DNA of 63,813 nt, filler included, from Octopus bimaculoides (GCF_001194135.2; 5 parts of 5 records of this genome joined end to end with filler, not necessarily neighbours in it), one strand, 5' to 3'. Positions 14,128 through 27,745 are shown, counted from the first letter of the whole stretch. The notes: generated from the sequence alone by a model not told the origin. Made by a program: numbers and translations.

Positions 14128-15034
14128 ATACACACAGCTGTAATTCCAGAGTTGCTTCAAACTTCACTTATTGACCACACCCGATGCGATACGACAGTCA
14201 GCCAACCAGACAAGTCCTGGTTGCCCATCAGCAATTTTTTTTTGTTGTTTTCCTTTATATATTTTTCTTTCTTTTTTTTTACTTCTTTCTCACCCANNNN
14301 NNNNNNNNNNNNNNNNNNNNNNNNNNNNNNNNNNNNNNNNNNNNNNNNNNNNNNNNNNNNNNNNNNNNNNNNNNNNNNNNNNNNNNNNNNNNNNNNNNNN
14401 NNGTTGGTGGCGGTTCTTCTGGTGATGAAGTGTGGGATAGTTCTAATGATAATGCTGCTAGAGAGGCAGCGGCGGTACTTATTCAGTTGACGATGTGTTA
14501 GCGATGGTTCTGGTGTGTTAAAAGTGGAAGTGACGGCGGAGATCTGTGCCGTGTCGTGGCGTACACACTCGTTCACCACGTTCGTTGGTTGGTTCCTACA
14601 TTTCTAAACAATATTTTTTTTTAATTCTATCCGCCGTTAAAAATTATCCCTGACCCACTTTCCCTGTCTTAGGATGTCTTCGTTCCTTAGTACTGTTGCT
14701 TCTACTTCCTCTCCGGCCATGTTCTCTCCCTCATTACAGGAGAGTGGTGAAGAAGGGGGAACAACTAATTGAAAGTTGTAGTCATTTACCGCTCCTCTTT
14801 CTTCAACAAATGCTTTTCACCTTAAGATTTACTAACAAAATATCCCTCATATTTTTATGAGGTTTTTTTTTCTTTCCATATCTAATTATATATACATCGA
14901 AGAGAAGATTTAGTCAAGTACAGAGAAAAGTGTTGGGGGAGGAGCTTTTGGAGTGCTTGCAATGTTTTATCTCAGTGTTTTTACAATCTACGTTCAAATA
15001 TAACTGGAGTTAGCTTTTCTTGGTCGATAAAATA

Positions 15035-15378
15035 AGGAGTGGCTGTGTGGTAAGTAGCTTGCTTACCAACCACATGGTTCCGGGTTCAGTCCCACTGCGT
15101 GGCACCTTGGGCAAGTGTCCTCTACTATAGCCTCGGACCGACCAAGGCCTTGTGAGTGGATTTGGTAGACGAAAACTGAAAGAAGCCCGTCCTATATATG
15201 TATGTATGTATGTATCTGTGTTTGTCCTCCCAACATCGCTTGACAACCGATGCTGGTGTGTTTACGTCCCCGTAACTTAGCGGTTCGGCAAAAGAAACCG
15301 ATAGAATAAGTACTAGGCTTCCAAAGAATAAGTCCTATGGTCGATTTGCGCCACTAAAGGCGGTGCTCCAGCATGTAT
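15035..15378 (+). mobile_element. tRNA-derived SINE family A (octopus-type), near full length
   Basis: Head GGAGTGGCTGTGTGGTAAGTAGCTT...GGTTCAGTCCC (A/B-box-like), central (TA/TG)n, and 3' AAGGCGGTGCTCCAGCATG. The tail is interrupted by the rosa element and resumes near 16270. Confidence 0.85.
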
Positions 15379-15381
15379 ATA

Positions 15382-16263
15382 CAGGGTGTCCCGAAAGTCA
15401 CTGATGGGTTTCAATTTTTAATAACTTCTTTAACTTTACAAATAAATGCATGACATTTTGATACAATACAAAGGACATAATGGAAATTAATATGCACGAG
15501 TCAAATTGTGCATCGCTACTACGTTACGTATGAAAAATGACATCGCTTAAATGGCAGCCATTTTCGGCTTCGCACGCAGGTGCTCTTTCCAAAGCTTGCA
15601 CCATAACACCTTCAAGAGTTTCAGACTCCATTTCTCTATTGATGTTCTCCTTTCGTTGTACCAGGGTCTACGGTTTGTTGACGTAAACCCTCTCTTTTAG
15701 GTATCCCCACAAGAAAAAATTCGGGCTAGTCAAGTCTGGGGGAACGTGAAGGCCATTTGTAGTAGACCTCACACATTGTTCCAGCAGGATGGGGCTAACT
15801 TCTCATACCGCAAGACAAACAATGCAGTTGCTACGGCAGTGCTTTGGAGACAGAATAATCTCCCGCTACGGCAATGTCAACTGGACTTCACGTTCCCCCA
15901 GACTTGACTTGTCTGCATTTTTCTTGTGGGGGTACCTGAAAGAGAGGGTTTACGTCAACAATCCGGAGACCCTGATACAACTGAAGGGGAACATCAATAG
16001 AAAAATCAATGAAATGGGGTCTGAAACTCTTGAGGGTGTTATGGTGCAAGTTTTGGAAAGAGCACGGGCGTGCGAAGTCAAAAATGGCTGCCATTTAAGT
16101 GATGTCATTTTTCATATGTGATGTAGTGATGTTGCAAAATTTGACTGGTGCATATTAATTTCCATTATGTCCTTTATATTGTATCAACATTTCATGCATT
16201 TATTTGTAAAGTTAAGGAAGTTACTAAAAATTGAAACCCATCAGTGACTTTTGGGACACCCTG
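15382..16263 (+). mobile_element. Non-autonomous Tc1/mariner element (rosa, DD41D-like) with about 380-bp inverted arms (fold-back)
   Basis: TA/CAGGGTGTCCC...GGGACACCCTG/TA termini. A + strand transposase C-terminus at 15775-16121 reads FQQDGA.SHT...W.SRSPDL...FFLWGYLKERVY, with 41 residues between the second and third catalytic positions after frameshift correction. The left arm 15382-15759 is the reverse complement of 15878-16263. Confidence 0.88.
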
Positions 16264-16411
16264 TATAAGGTGATGAACGAAGTAAAAGAATAAAGTGATC
16301 GAGCAGATTTACTGATTGGTCCTTTGGCGTTTCATTTATGACCATCCCATTTTTTATTACAAACACCCAGTACCTTGGACTACATGAGCCAATGTGTCTT
16401 TATCATCATTT

Positions 16412-16640
16412 AGGCGGCGAGCTGACATAATCGTTAGCACGCCGGGCAAAATGCTTAGCGGCATTTCGGCCGTTCTTGAGTTCTGATTTCAAATTCCGCC
16501 GAGGTCGACTTTGCTTTTCATCCTTTCGGGGGTCGATGAAGTAACTTAACTACCAATGAAATACTGGGGTCGATGCAATTGACTAGTCCCCTTTCCAAAT
16601 TTCAGGCCTTGTGCCTAGAGTAGAAAGGATTATTATTATT
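16412..16640 (+). mobile_element. SINE family C (AGGCGGCGAGCTG head, ATT tail)
   Basis: Shared core GAGGTCGACTTTGCCTTTCATCCTTTCGGGGTCGAT. Other pieces lie at about 2335-2438, 21880-22075, 28655-28790, 43905-44100, 44322-44425, 44600-44770, 45560-45690, 55000-55170 and 55318-55488. Confidence 0.78.
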
Positions 16641-18845
16641 ATTATCATTGAGACGGCGAAGTGTGATTTAAGGAAGATTTGACTGCTATTTCTAGTCAGG
16701 CAAACAACCTTACCGAAACGTTGAGCTCTTCTGGTTTGGGTCCCTATCTATTCTACCACTCATCTACAAATAAATAACAATGATTTTCGTCTTAAAATAT
16801 GGTTTCGTTTTGCCTTTTCTTTTCTTTAAGCATTCATTGTTATTTATTCCTCAAAATTAAAAANNNNNNNNNNNNNNNNNNNNNNNNNNNNNNNNNNNNN
16901 NNNNNNNNNNNNNNNNNNNNNNNNNNNNNNNNNNNNNNNNNNNNNNNNNNNNNNNNNNNNNNNNNNNNNNNNNNNNNNNNNNNNNNNNNNNNNNNNNNNN
17001 NNNNNNNNNNNNNNNNNNNNNNNNNNNNNNNNNNNNNNNNNNNNNNNNNNNNNNNNNNNNNNNNNNNNNNNNNNNNNNNNNNNNNNNNNNNNNNNNNNNN
17101 NNNNNNNNTTGTGATTTTGTCAAACGACCTATGAAATTTGTCTCCCATAAACTTTATCCCCGTCTCTCACAAGCTTGGGTGTCTTTGTTTTAATATTTCT
17201 GTTTAATTTCTTTCTTTCTTATTTATTACATGGGTGTAAATTTGGAACGATTCATTTTTCTCTTTTCTTTTTTTTTCGTCCATTTATGAGTTTTGTTTTG
17301 TTTTGTTTCTTTTCGGTTGCATTCGTTTATTCTCAGCCCGCCTACCCGACGTTATCCCGATATAAAGATTCCGTTTCTTTTCTTTAACTTTCTGAAATGT
17401 CAAGGTGACCTTAAGGAATTAAGCAGATTCCCGAAGAGGTACGATGATTTCAACGTCCTTTTTATAGTTCCGATATTTGCTCACCCGTGTGTCTGTCTGT
17501 CTTTCTCTTTTGTTTCCTTAGTTACCAACAGTGGGTAACGAGAGATGGAAAACCCACCATAAAAGGAAACGTGATGAGAGACTTCATAGCAGGTTTCTGT
17601 GACATTTCTGTTTCGTTGTGGCGGTAGTGGCAATGCCACCTTTCATCAAAGATTTTCTTCGAGGCATTAGGGAAGCTCCATTGTTGTCGCTCGGCCTGCT
17701 AGAAACAACAGCCAAATCTCTCTCAAATAACACCATACCTTGGTTACAACTGAAATGCTTTTGACCCCAGAGCCTGTTGAATTATGATAGGCTTGAAGCA
17801 AAACAACAGTAGGTTTTGATGGACACACGCGCATAGTAAATAAAGATCTGAAGGCATTTTGATGCTTAAAATGTATAAAGACAATTTTAGAACAGATGTT
17901 TGCCCAGCTCCTAAATGCCATTTTCAAGAATAAATGTTTACTTATTGAGCTCCCTAAATGCATTTATAAAATTGGGTGTTCACCTACAGTCTGGTCAAGC
18001 AACCACCTTCTGAATATTACTCCCACCCCCTGCAAATATTGTTCACTCTAATATTCAATTCAATCCCTTTTGTACCCAAACCTTTAATCGTTAGTTGTTT
18101 CAGCTTTGAGTGTTTGCTATTTTATTTATTTATTCTTTTTTCAGCTAAAGATGTTTTTCTATCCTGCAAAAATATGAATCTACGGTTAGCGAGAGAGATC
18201 GAGAGACTGCCGAGTCACATTTCAAAATGTCTCGTTTCGTCTAAATTACCACTGAGTCCTCGTCTCTCGTTTCTACCTATATTGTTTTATCGTGTGATTG
18301 TGTGAAATTTAGACTGGTTTAGCCAGCCAATCTAACTAGTCATGTGTCTCTATCAATTATTATTTGTCAAAGTTTCTTAAATTGTTTATGCTAGTTGATC
18401 ACGAGTAATTTTTTTGATGAGAGAAAGAAAGAAAAGGTGCAGGATCTTTGGTGCCAGAGGGTTTTGTATAAAGATATATAAAGAATAACGAAAACTAATT
18501 GCGGACTCTTGCTGATTTCACTGCAGGAATCCATTGGATGGGCGAATAACTTTATCTGATATACGATATGGCAGGACACCGTTTGAACTGTCAACCAAAA
18601 TAAATAAATAAATTGGAAATAGCAGGTCGAGGTTAACCTTTTCATTCTTATTGTAGTAGGGGGAACGAAAAAATAGTTTTTAGCCTGCCTATGTACGTGA
18701 CATAGTGACATACGTATAAAGGCATTTTGTAGAATGTCAGAGCTCAATTCTTAACAACTTCTTACTCAACGTGGTTTTTATTAAATGTTTTTTTTTTAAT
18801 GATGTTTGTTTTTACAGGCTATCACTAGTTTTCCAGGTATTTTTC

Positions 18846-19144
18846 GGCGATCTTTCGGTACGAGTTCCTAAATATCGGCCTTTTCCGTAACACCGGCACG
18901 ATCTTCACTACGGTGTTAGGGTTACTGTTTAGGGTTAGGGTTACGGTTAGGGACGGAATTCCCTAACGCAAACCCTAAAACCCAAACCCTATCCGTAAAC
19001 CTAACCGTAACCTTAACTCTAAACCCTTCAAAATAAATCGCGCTCTCTGTATGTCTTTCGCTGTTATGACGTCGTTTCTCTGTTTCTCTCCAACACTTTT
19101 TACGGAAAAGGCCGATAATTAGGAACTCGTACTGAAAGATCGCC
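18846..19144. mobile_element. MITE-like element with 45-bp TIRs and a degenerate telomeric-repeat core
   Basis: 18846-18890 and 19100-19144 are inverted repeats with 2 mismatches. The interior has TTAGGG-like units facing CCCTAA-like units. No TSD is visible. Confidence 0.7.
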
Positions 19145-20209
19145 ACAACACGAAGACAATTCTTTCTTGTCAAATGGCCCTACTCTCTTTAACATCATAC
19201 TAAAACACTTAAAAGAAAGAAAAAGATTCCTATAACGTTCAAACGGTTCCGGAACAAATTCCTCCAACAAAACCCTCCATCAAATTCCAGATAAACTCCT
19301 TACACCCAGATATATTTCTGCAAACAATAATTCTTTACTCGACCATAACATGAAACTTAATTGCCTTCTCTCGGTGGTGCTATTAAGTTAATCATGGCCT
19401 GAGCAATTACTGGTCCGAAACCTACCTAAATCTCTAAGTAAACCTGTATTGTGATACAAGCAAATATAAAGACCCAGTATTCGGAAGAATGACAGATGAT
19501 TCGTGGTTCAAATTATCGGATCAACTTTGAACCAAATATGCAAATTAGTTATCTAGCACTATTTTGTTTACATTTTAAATATTGAAGTCTTCTACTTCAT
19601 TTCGTCATCTTTGAAGGGGACAAATTTGGAAGATTGAAACTGGTCAAATTGATCCTTCAGCCCAAGTTAACGAAAAGAGCTGCATGAGCGAGATTTGGAT
19701 TTGAACTCTGGAATGCAAGAAACCAGCCAGAAAAACTACCACAGGAAGGCATTTCATCAGTTGCTTGAATGCCTCTACTTGTTTGTCGCCTAGTAATTTT
19801 ATGTTTTTAGGGGTGATGGAGTTAAGTTAGATGTTGATTATCAACCACCAATGTTATTGATGCTTATTTTATCAACGCACTACCCCCGCACTATCTCACC
19901 CCCATTCCATAAATGGATGAAAATGCAAAGTCTACTGCTTCCATGCTTGTTCTGACAAGATATGAACTCGAACTTCAAAACATACGTACGGGTGTGAAGA
20001 CACCAAATATTTCCAATTTTTAAAGCACACACACGCACAGGTATGTGTATATACTTATGTGTATGTATATATACATATATAAATATACACACACACACAC
20101 ACACGTATGTGTATATACTTATGTGTATGTGTGTGTATATATATGTGTACATATGTGTGTGTGTGTGTGTGTATATATGTATATGTATATATGTATATGT
20201 ATATATATG

Positions 20210-20240
<31 letters not shown>

Positions 20241-23200
20241 ATGTATGTGTATATATATCATAATGATTATGGTAATGGAGCTGAGAGTTAGTCTTTGAAG
20301 ATGGGGAAAATATATTTATCCAGTTGACTAACCAGACTTGTTCAGTGAACTGGAATCTGTGCCATCTAAAATCGTCTGCGCTCATAAAGAATAATTTTCT
20401 CATTTCTTCAGGCACTTCTTTCTTCGTGATGGTTCTTTGGTGGTGATCCAGCCGTGTTAATGAATTGAACCGCCGACTCACTAAGAACTAACTTCTGATA
20501 GTAGTCTTGTAGTCTTTTTATCTGAAACGGATGGAGTGAGGGAAGTGAGGAAAACTCGAGTCCATGTAGATTAATTTTTTATTCCCATCCACCAATTCCA
20601 TTCTGTGCTCCCTGTTCGCTCACCCACCCACCCTCCACTTGCCCCCCCCCCATTGAAATCTTTCTCGTTTTTCTTTTGTGAAGAGGATGCTGCGTAAGTT
20701 ACATATTTGATTAATATGACTCACCTCGTGTTTACCTATTCATAAATACAAAAACATCATGATGATAATGATGGTGGTGGTGGTGGTGGTCATGGCAGTT
20801 CTAGTGATGATAGTGGTGATAGTAATGATGATGGTGATGATTATAGGTGGGGGCAGCAGCAGCGGTGGTGGTGGTGGTGGTGGTGTTGTTAGTGTTTTCC
20901 CTTGACCATTATTTTTTTTTTTTCCTCTGACATTCATTTAAGCAACTTTATAATTTATATTGAATTTGAATCATGGATTTTGTTTATCGTGTGTGTGTGT
21001 GTGAGTTTGAGGGCAAACAGGAAGGGGTTAGCTGTTCAGGTATCTCAACGTAATAACACATACATAAATGGGGGTTGTTGAAATACACACTGCTTTTGTT
21101 CCAATTAATTTTGAAAATAAATGAATAATTTAGTAAAATAACAATGTCGTTATTAAGCTGGTATTTAGAAACATAAACTAACATGAAATTTTGATGGAAG
21201 GTTTTTTTAAATTTAGATCACTTTTAAACAGGAATTTTTGTTTCACAGAACCAGGGACGGTCTTAGAGGCAGGTGGGTATCAATAGGAGTTCACAATGAG
21301 TTTTGTTTGCTTTTATCATCAACCACCGCCATTATAGTTTCGGTGCAGTTGCACTAACTAGGAAACTTGCATTGATGGGGAAGCCTCTATATAGTTGCTT
21401 GAGTTGTTAGGAATAGCAGCTACATCTCCCTTATATTGCACCATACCACTTACAGAAGGGAAGCATGCAGTGGGTAATATAATGCAGTGCTAGATAGAAT
21501 TTTAAAATGAAAAAAAAAACAAGAGGAAGAAAAAAATGATGAAGAGAATCACAGTATTTTTGCTCATTTTATGGTGGTGCTCCATGTAAAAGTGCCCGTG
21601 TGGCATCATGTAAACGCACCCATGTGATGCCACATAAAAGCATCCAGCATTCTCTGAAGTGGTTACCGTTAGGAAGGGCATCCGACTGTAGAAACCCTGC
21701 CAAATCAGACTGGAGTCTGGTGCAGCCTTCCAGTTTGCCAGCTCTGGTCAAACTGTCCAGCCCATGCCAGCATGGACAACAGATGTTAAATGACGATGAT
21801 GATGATGATGGTCTGCTCAATTAGAGGTGGCCTAGGGTTAAATAACTGCTGCAGTAGCAGCAGTAAATATTCTCTAGTTCTTTAGCTCAGTTCTAATCAT
21901 CATGTCTCAGACCATTCCAGCATATTCTTCCACCAAGGTTGACTTTGCCTTTCATTCTTTCAGGGTCGATAAATTAAGTACCAGTTGCATACTGGGGTGG
22001 ATCTAATCGACCCTCCCCCCCCAAAAAAAAATTCAGGGATTGTGACTAGAGTAGGAAAGATTCTACTACAGTTGCTGGTTAGCATGGAAAATAGATGTAA
22101 AATAAACGAAAAAATGAAATTATATTACAAGTTGCTTATTAAGAGAACAATTACTTGTACTCAGTAATAATTTATGTGTAGTATTGGGCATTACAAATTC
22201 AGTTTTTTCATTGAAGTTCTGCTGTGACTTTCGTCTATCCCCTGGATTTGAAACCACGACTATTTCATCATAATATTAGCACAAGGCTGCCAATTATTGA
22301 GGAGGGAAAGGGGTGGGACAGAGCCGGATTGGGGTAGAGTGTCTGTAGCAAATTGACTATATGAATGATTGGTATGTAAGTTAATTGATCTATATTATAT
22401 GATTGTATGATTGGTATATATTTTATTGACCCAAGAGGGTTGAAATGAAAGGCACTTTTAACTCCAGACGTAATGAGATATAGTTAAGTACTATAAGGCG
22501 GTGTTTAGTCTAACTGTACGTCCTACTACTGTACTGTTTCTTCCCTTAAAACAGATTGCGGCTGTAATGATAATTAAGTTTGCATGTGAGAGTGATATCA
22601 GATAAAATGAATTCTTTATTGAATGACTGTCTCCTATTGATTGATCAATTTATTCTTTCAATTGATGATAGTCCGTCAGGAATATATATTCTCCTTCATC
22701 TGACAGGCTACGCACACACTGTTCGACGAAACCACAAAGGTGCTACCATTGGCTGTGGGCCAACGAAAGCAATTTGTTATCGAGTAGACAAATGTGCAAA
22801 CTGAGCTTAGAGTCCAGTGTCTATGATATAATGTCATTTAATTAAACAATGCTGTATTCTCTTCACTTAATTGGTATCATTCTAGGCTTCTACTGTTCAC
22901 CCCACTCCAACATCGCCCAGCCATCTGCATCTCCTATTAGTTTACAACAGTGCTGTAGCAATAAGTCAGTGGCACTTAGAAGATTTACAGAAATAGATTC
23001 AACACATGAAACTTGACCAGTTATTATCAAGAAATACTGAGTAACTGGTCAGTTTTGTTTTGTTGCTATTTATCTATGTCGTCCCGTCCAATTTAGATAA
23101 ATTCCACATGTAACTTAGTAACTAAAATACCCATTTCTAACCTAAGCAAAATCTGTGTTTTAGAAGTTTATTTTTATCACTAAATTAGTTATATTTTATC

Positions 23201-23363
23201 ATATTTGTTTCATTTCTCATGGGGAATGAGAATAATGTTGGTTTAACTTTTGGGAAAGTTTAGTTACAGTCCATTTAGGTGAATCCTACTGCTGTATTTT
23301 CTCAGAGCAAGCTATTTTAACAAATTACCTCTCCGCATTCATTCTCTCATATATATATATATG

Positions 23364-23536
23364 TAGGCCCAGGAGTGGCTGTGTGGTAAGTAGCTTGCTT
23401 ACCAACCACATGGTTACGGGCTCAGTCCCACTGCGTGGCACCTTGGGCAAGTGTTTTCTACTATAGCCTCACACCAACCAAAGCCTTGTGAGTAGATTTG
23501 GTAGACGGAAACTGAAAGAAGCCCATCGTATATATG

Positions 23537-23567
<31 letters not shown>

Positions 23568-23798
23568 ATATGAATGTATGTCTGTGTTTGTCCCCCCCCC
23601 CAACATCACTTGACAACTGGTGCTGGTGTGTTTATGTCCCCATAACTTAGCAGTTTGGCAAAAGGGACCAATACAATACATACCATGCTTTAAAACAACG
23701 ACTACTAGGGTCGGTCGATGCATTCAACTAAAAATTCCTTAAAACGGTGCCCCAACATGGCTGCTGTCTAATCACTGAAACGAGTAAAAGATAAAAAG
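23364..23798 (+). mobile_element. SINE family A
   Basis: Full-length copy homologous to 15035-15378. Confidence 0.82.
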
Positions 23799-24129
23799 AT
23801 ATGTGCATGCCTAAATACTTTATAAACAGTATCATAACAACATAAAGCTAAAGATATTTTACAGCTGAACTCTTTCTTAAGAGCTAACCTCTTATCTGTC
23901 AAGTGGAACCAGCTGAGACTATCATTACGGCAAATCTAGAAGGGCTTTCTTTAACTCCCATCATGGCTCTTTGGGCCATGATTAGTTCTAGAGGAGCTGC
24001 TTTTTCAACATATTGTTAAGGACATTAATCTCTTTATATCAACTCAGAAAAACAAACGAAAATAAGAAGAAAAAAATAGAGTACAGTCCCATTACATCTT
24101 CAGGCTGATATTATCATAAGTTAATGCTT

Positions 24130-24178
<49 letters not shown>

Positions 24179-24257
24179 ATGATATCAGCCAACAAGAGAG
24201 CCTTTATATCGGTAATGGTCGGTCTTTTGATTGTGTGATACACTAGATGTCTTTTAC

Positions 24258-24635
24258 CTTTTACTTGTTTCAGTCATTAGACTGTAGCCATGCTGGGGCA
24301 CTGCCTTGAATTTAAGTCGAATGAATCAATCCCAGTACTTAATTTTTATAAACCTGGTACATATTTTGTCAGCCGCTTTTACCAAACTGCTAAGATACGT
24401 AGATATAAACACACCAACACTGGTTGTCTAGAAGTGGTGGCAGACAAACACACACACACACATGATGGGCTTATTTCAGTTTCCGTCTGCCAAATCGATT
24501 CACAAGGTTTTGGTCTGCCTGAGGCTATACTAGAAGACGCTTAACCCAAGGTACCACACAGTAGGACTGAACCCGGAACCCTGTGGTGGTTCAGAACCAA
24601 ACTTCTTACTGCACAGCCACATCTGTGCCTACAAA
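24258..24635 (-). mobile_element. SINE family A
   Basis: Diverged reverse copy. Confidence 0.75.
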
Positions 24636-25072
24636 AATGTTGTTAGCGCTTTTTGCATGGAAGATTAAGAAGGAAAAAGAAGAATTCTTTTAAAGCTTCT
24701 GGAATTCTGCTTATCAAGCAAGTAACTTGATCTGAGACTGAGTGGGAATTGTATGAGTGACCAGGTTGCAGTTATGCAACCAAAAATTTTAAAACTTCAT
24801 GAAATAAATTTAAAGTGAATTTAATAGTGATATGTACTGCCTATAGTTCTGTGATACAAATTCCTTGTTTTAAAGTTATTTAAATAAAAACCTTCCACCA
24901 AAGTTTCATGCTAATTTGTGATCAAAACAGCAGCTTACAAATGAGGGAAGTTATTTTACTAAATTCTTCTAGGATTTATATAGATGACTTTTTTTAACCC
25001 TTCAGTTGTCATATTATTCTGTCAAATGTAATGCTTATTTATTCACACTGATTTTAATTAATCATGTTTTTA

Positions 25073-25493
25073 CCGTAAATCCTCAAGTATAGTCCACCCT
25101 TGAGTATAATACGCAGAGGATTTTTAGGGGGCTGTACCTCTGGAAAACCTAAACTTTGTGTATAATATGCACCCCTTCTCTAACTTGAGTCAAGGAGGTC
25201 TATATAACATCCTTGGTTTGTAAACGTATATCCGGTAATGTTCTTTATTATTATTGTATATATAACATAATGCAAACGTGTAGCTTTTTTGTGCACTTTG
25301 CAGAAAATAAAGAAATAACAGTAATAACGTCAGTGAAAAATAAATATTAAGTAAATTGCCTTTACATATTTATCACTTAGAAAATTTTGCTTAGAAAATA
25401 TTTTTCATTTTTAACCTCGTGTATAATACGCACTAGAAATTTTTACCTTTAAATTTTGGGGAAAAAGTGTGGATTATACTCGAGGATTTATGG
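25073..25493. mobile_element. pogo/Tigger-like MITE
   Basis: TA/CCGTAAATCCTCAAGTATAGTCCAC...GTGGATTATACTCGAGGATTTATGG/TA. A solo right-end TIR also lies at 26035-26056. Confidence 0.8.
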
Positions 25494-25554
25494 TAATTAA
25501 TCATGCTCAAAGCTCCAAGATTGCAATGATGTGATTATTTATTTTTAGAATGAC

Positions 25555-25893
25555 ATTGTAGAGTAAACACGAGAGGCCAGATCTGCAGTCATTTAGTCGA
25601 AGAAATTGACCCCAAGATTTATTCATTGTAAGCTTAGTACTTATTCTATCAGTCTCTTTTTGCCAAACTGCTAAGTTACAGGGACATAAACACGACATCG
25701 GTTGTCAAGTGATGGCAAGGAGACAAACACACACACATGACGGGCTTCTTTCTGTTTCCATCTACCAAATTCACTCACAAGGCTTTGGTCAGCCCGAGGC
25801 TATAATAGAAGATACTTGCCCTAGGTGCCACACAGTGGGACTGAACTCAGAATGATATGGTTTGGAAGCAAGCTTCTTACCACACAGCCACGC
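25555..25893 (-). mobile_element. SINE family A
   Basis: Diverged reverse copy. Confidence 0.75.
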
Positions 25894-26693
25894 CTTGTCC
25901 TCACAAACACAGAACGGTCACAGCTGGAATTCTTTTGGCCATTGGAGGTCAGCTTGGTCAGGGCAGGCTTGGGTTGTTACACAACGACAATGACAATGAT
26001 GACTTGTGATATTTCATCAAATATTAATATGTCTGATTATACTCGAGGATTTACGGTATTTCATTCTCTTGTACACTTACTTTTGCCTGTTTGTATTATA
26101 GTGGTTAATATTACCTTCTACCACTGCAGTACCGCTGCAGCAAGTATGTTAATTAGACTCTGCACCCACCACTCTACAAGATTTTCTTCTCGTTATCAAA
26201 CACACACAAATGCACTAAACTGTGCTTACATCACTTCTCTCGTCCACACTCCCTCATCTCATTTCTCATCTTGTATTCCATTTAATTAACTTTTATTAGT
26301 TTTTACACAATGATAACTAATTTTACCTTGGGGCGAACCTCCTTGCTACTTTTAAGAATACAACCATCAGAATTACATTTTGTAGTAATTGCTGTTATTG
26401 GTTCTGTTGTTGTTGTTGTTGTTGTTAACCGCCTCCACCTACCAGGCTTTCTCCCTCTTTCATCAGAAGTTGTAAAGATATGTTCAGATACACGTAATCA
26501 ATGATGCCACACTTCTTCACAAGAGCCTATCTAGTTCTTCGTTATCGTCATGTGATTGCTAATGAGTTGCAGGGGTTGAGTCGAAATCATGTAGAACACA
26601 AGAACAATTCTCGTTGCAACAACGATACCATTGTTACAAAGACCAATAGATCCTCAAATTTCTGCTGTTGTACATTTTCTTTCATCTTCTCAT

Positions 26694-26753
<60 letters not shown>

Positions 26754-27384
26754 NNNNNNNNNNNNNNNNNNNNNNNNNNNNNNNNNNNNNNNNNNNNNNN
26801 NNNNNNNNNNNNNNNNNNNNNNNNNNNNNNNNNNNNNNNTCTCTCTCCCTCTCTCTCTCCCTCTCTCTCCCTCTCTCTCTCTCTTGCTCTCATTTGTTTC
26901 ATCTGTCTTAACATATTAAACATGAGTTCAATATATCACCACCATCATCAACATCACCACCATCAATATCATCATCATCATCATCACCATCATCATCATC
27001 ATTGCCGTCACCATTGTTTTAATGTCCACTTGTCCAAGCTTGCCTGGATCAGTCGAAATTTTGTTGAGGCAGATTTTCTGTGGCTAGATGCCCCTTTCTG
27101 CTGCCAACCCTCACCTGTTTCCAAGTATGATAATATGTCCCCATGGCCTGACATGTTTTTCATGGAAAACTGGAAACCAACAACCTCGCATGTGTGAGGG
27201 TGACGCTCATTTACAGCCTTCACACAATGTCAAGACAAGCATACACACACTCACACAATGGGTTTTTCAGTTTCCATCTACCAAATCCATTTTCAAGTCT
27301 TTGGCCCACTCAGAGGTTGTACCCAACAGTAAATTTAATCATTTGTATTTTGTATGGTAAAAAACCCAGAAAAAAAGAACATTA

Positions 27385-27560
27385 GACGTAGGAGTGGGTA
27401 TGTGGTAAGTAGCTTGCTTACCAACCACATGGTTCTGGGTTCAGTCCCACTGCATGGCACTTTGGGCAAGTGTCTTCTACTATAGCCTCGGACCGACCAA
27501 AGCCTTGTGAGTAGATTTGGTAGGCGGAAACTGAAAGAAGCTTGTCGTATATATATATAT
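27385..27560 (+). mobile_element. SINE family A, 5' half
   Basis: The family A head runs into (TA)n(CAT)n. Confidence 0.8.
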
Positions 27561-27570
27561 ATATATATAT

Positions 27571-27745
27571 CATCATCATCATCATCATCATCGTTTAACG
27601 TCCGCTTTCCATGCTAGCATGGGTTGGACGATTTGACTCGGGACTGGTGAAACCGGACGGCAACACCAGGCTCCAATCTAAATTTGGCAGAGTTTCTACA
27701 GCTGGATGCCCTTCCTAACGCCAACCACTCAGAGTGTAGTATATA
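27571..27745 (+). mobile_element. (CAT)n-associated short retroposon family D
   Basis: CATCATCGTTTAACGTCCGCTTTCCATGCTAGCATGGG...GGATGCCCTTCCTAACGCCAACC. Related pieces lie at 21565-21812, 27000-27330, 28403-28450, 38440-38547 and 62519-62612. Confidence 0.7.

Noticed and set aside
21249-21272. 24-nt AG/GT-bounded microexon candidate (EPGTVLEA), with a similar 33-nt case near 22707-22739
   Set aside because: There is no flanking gene context or homology, and such short splice-like matches are expected by chance.
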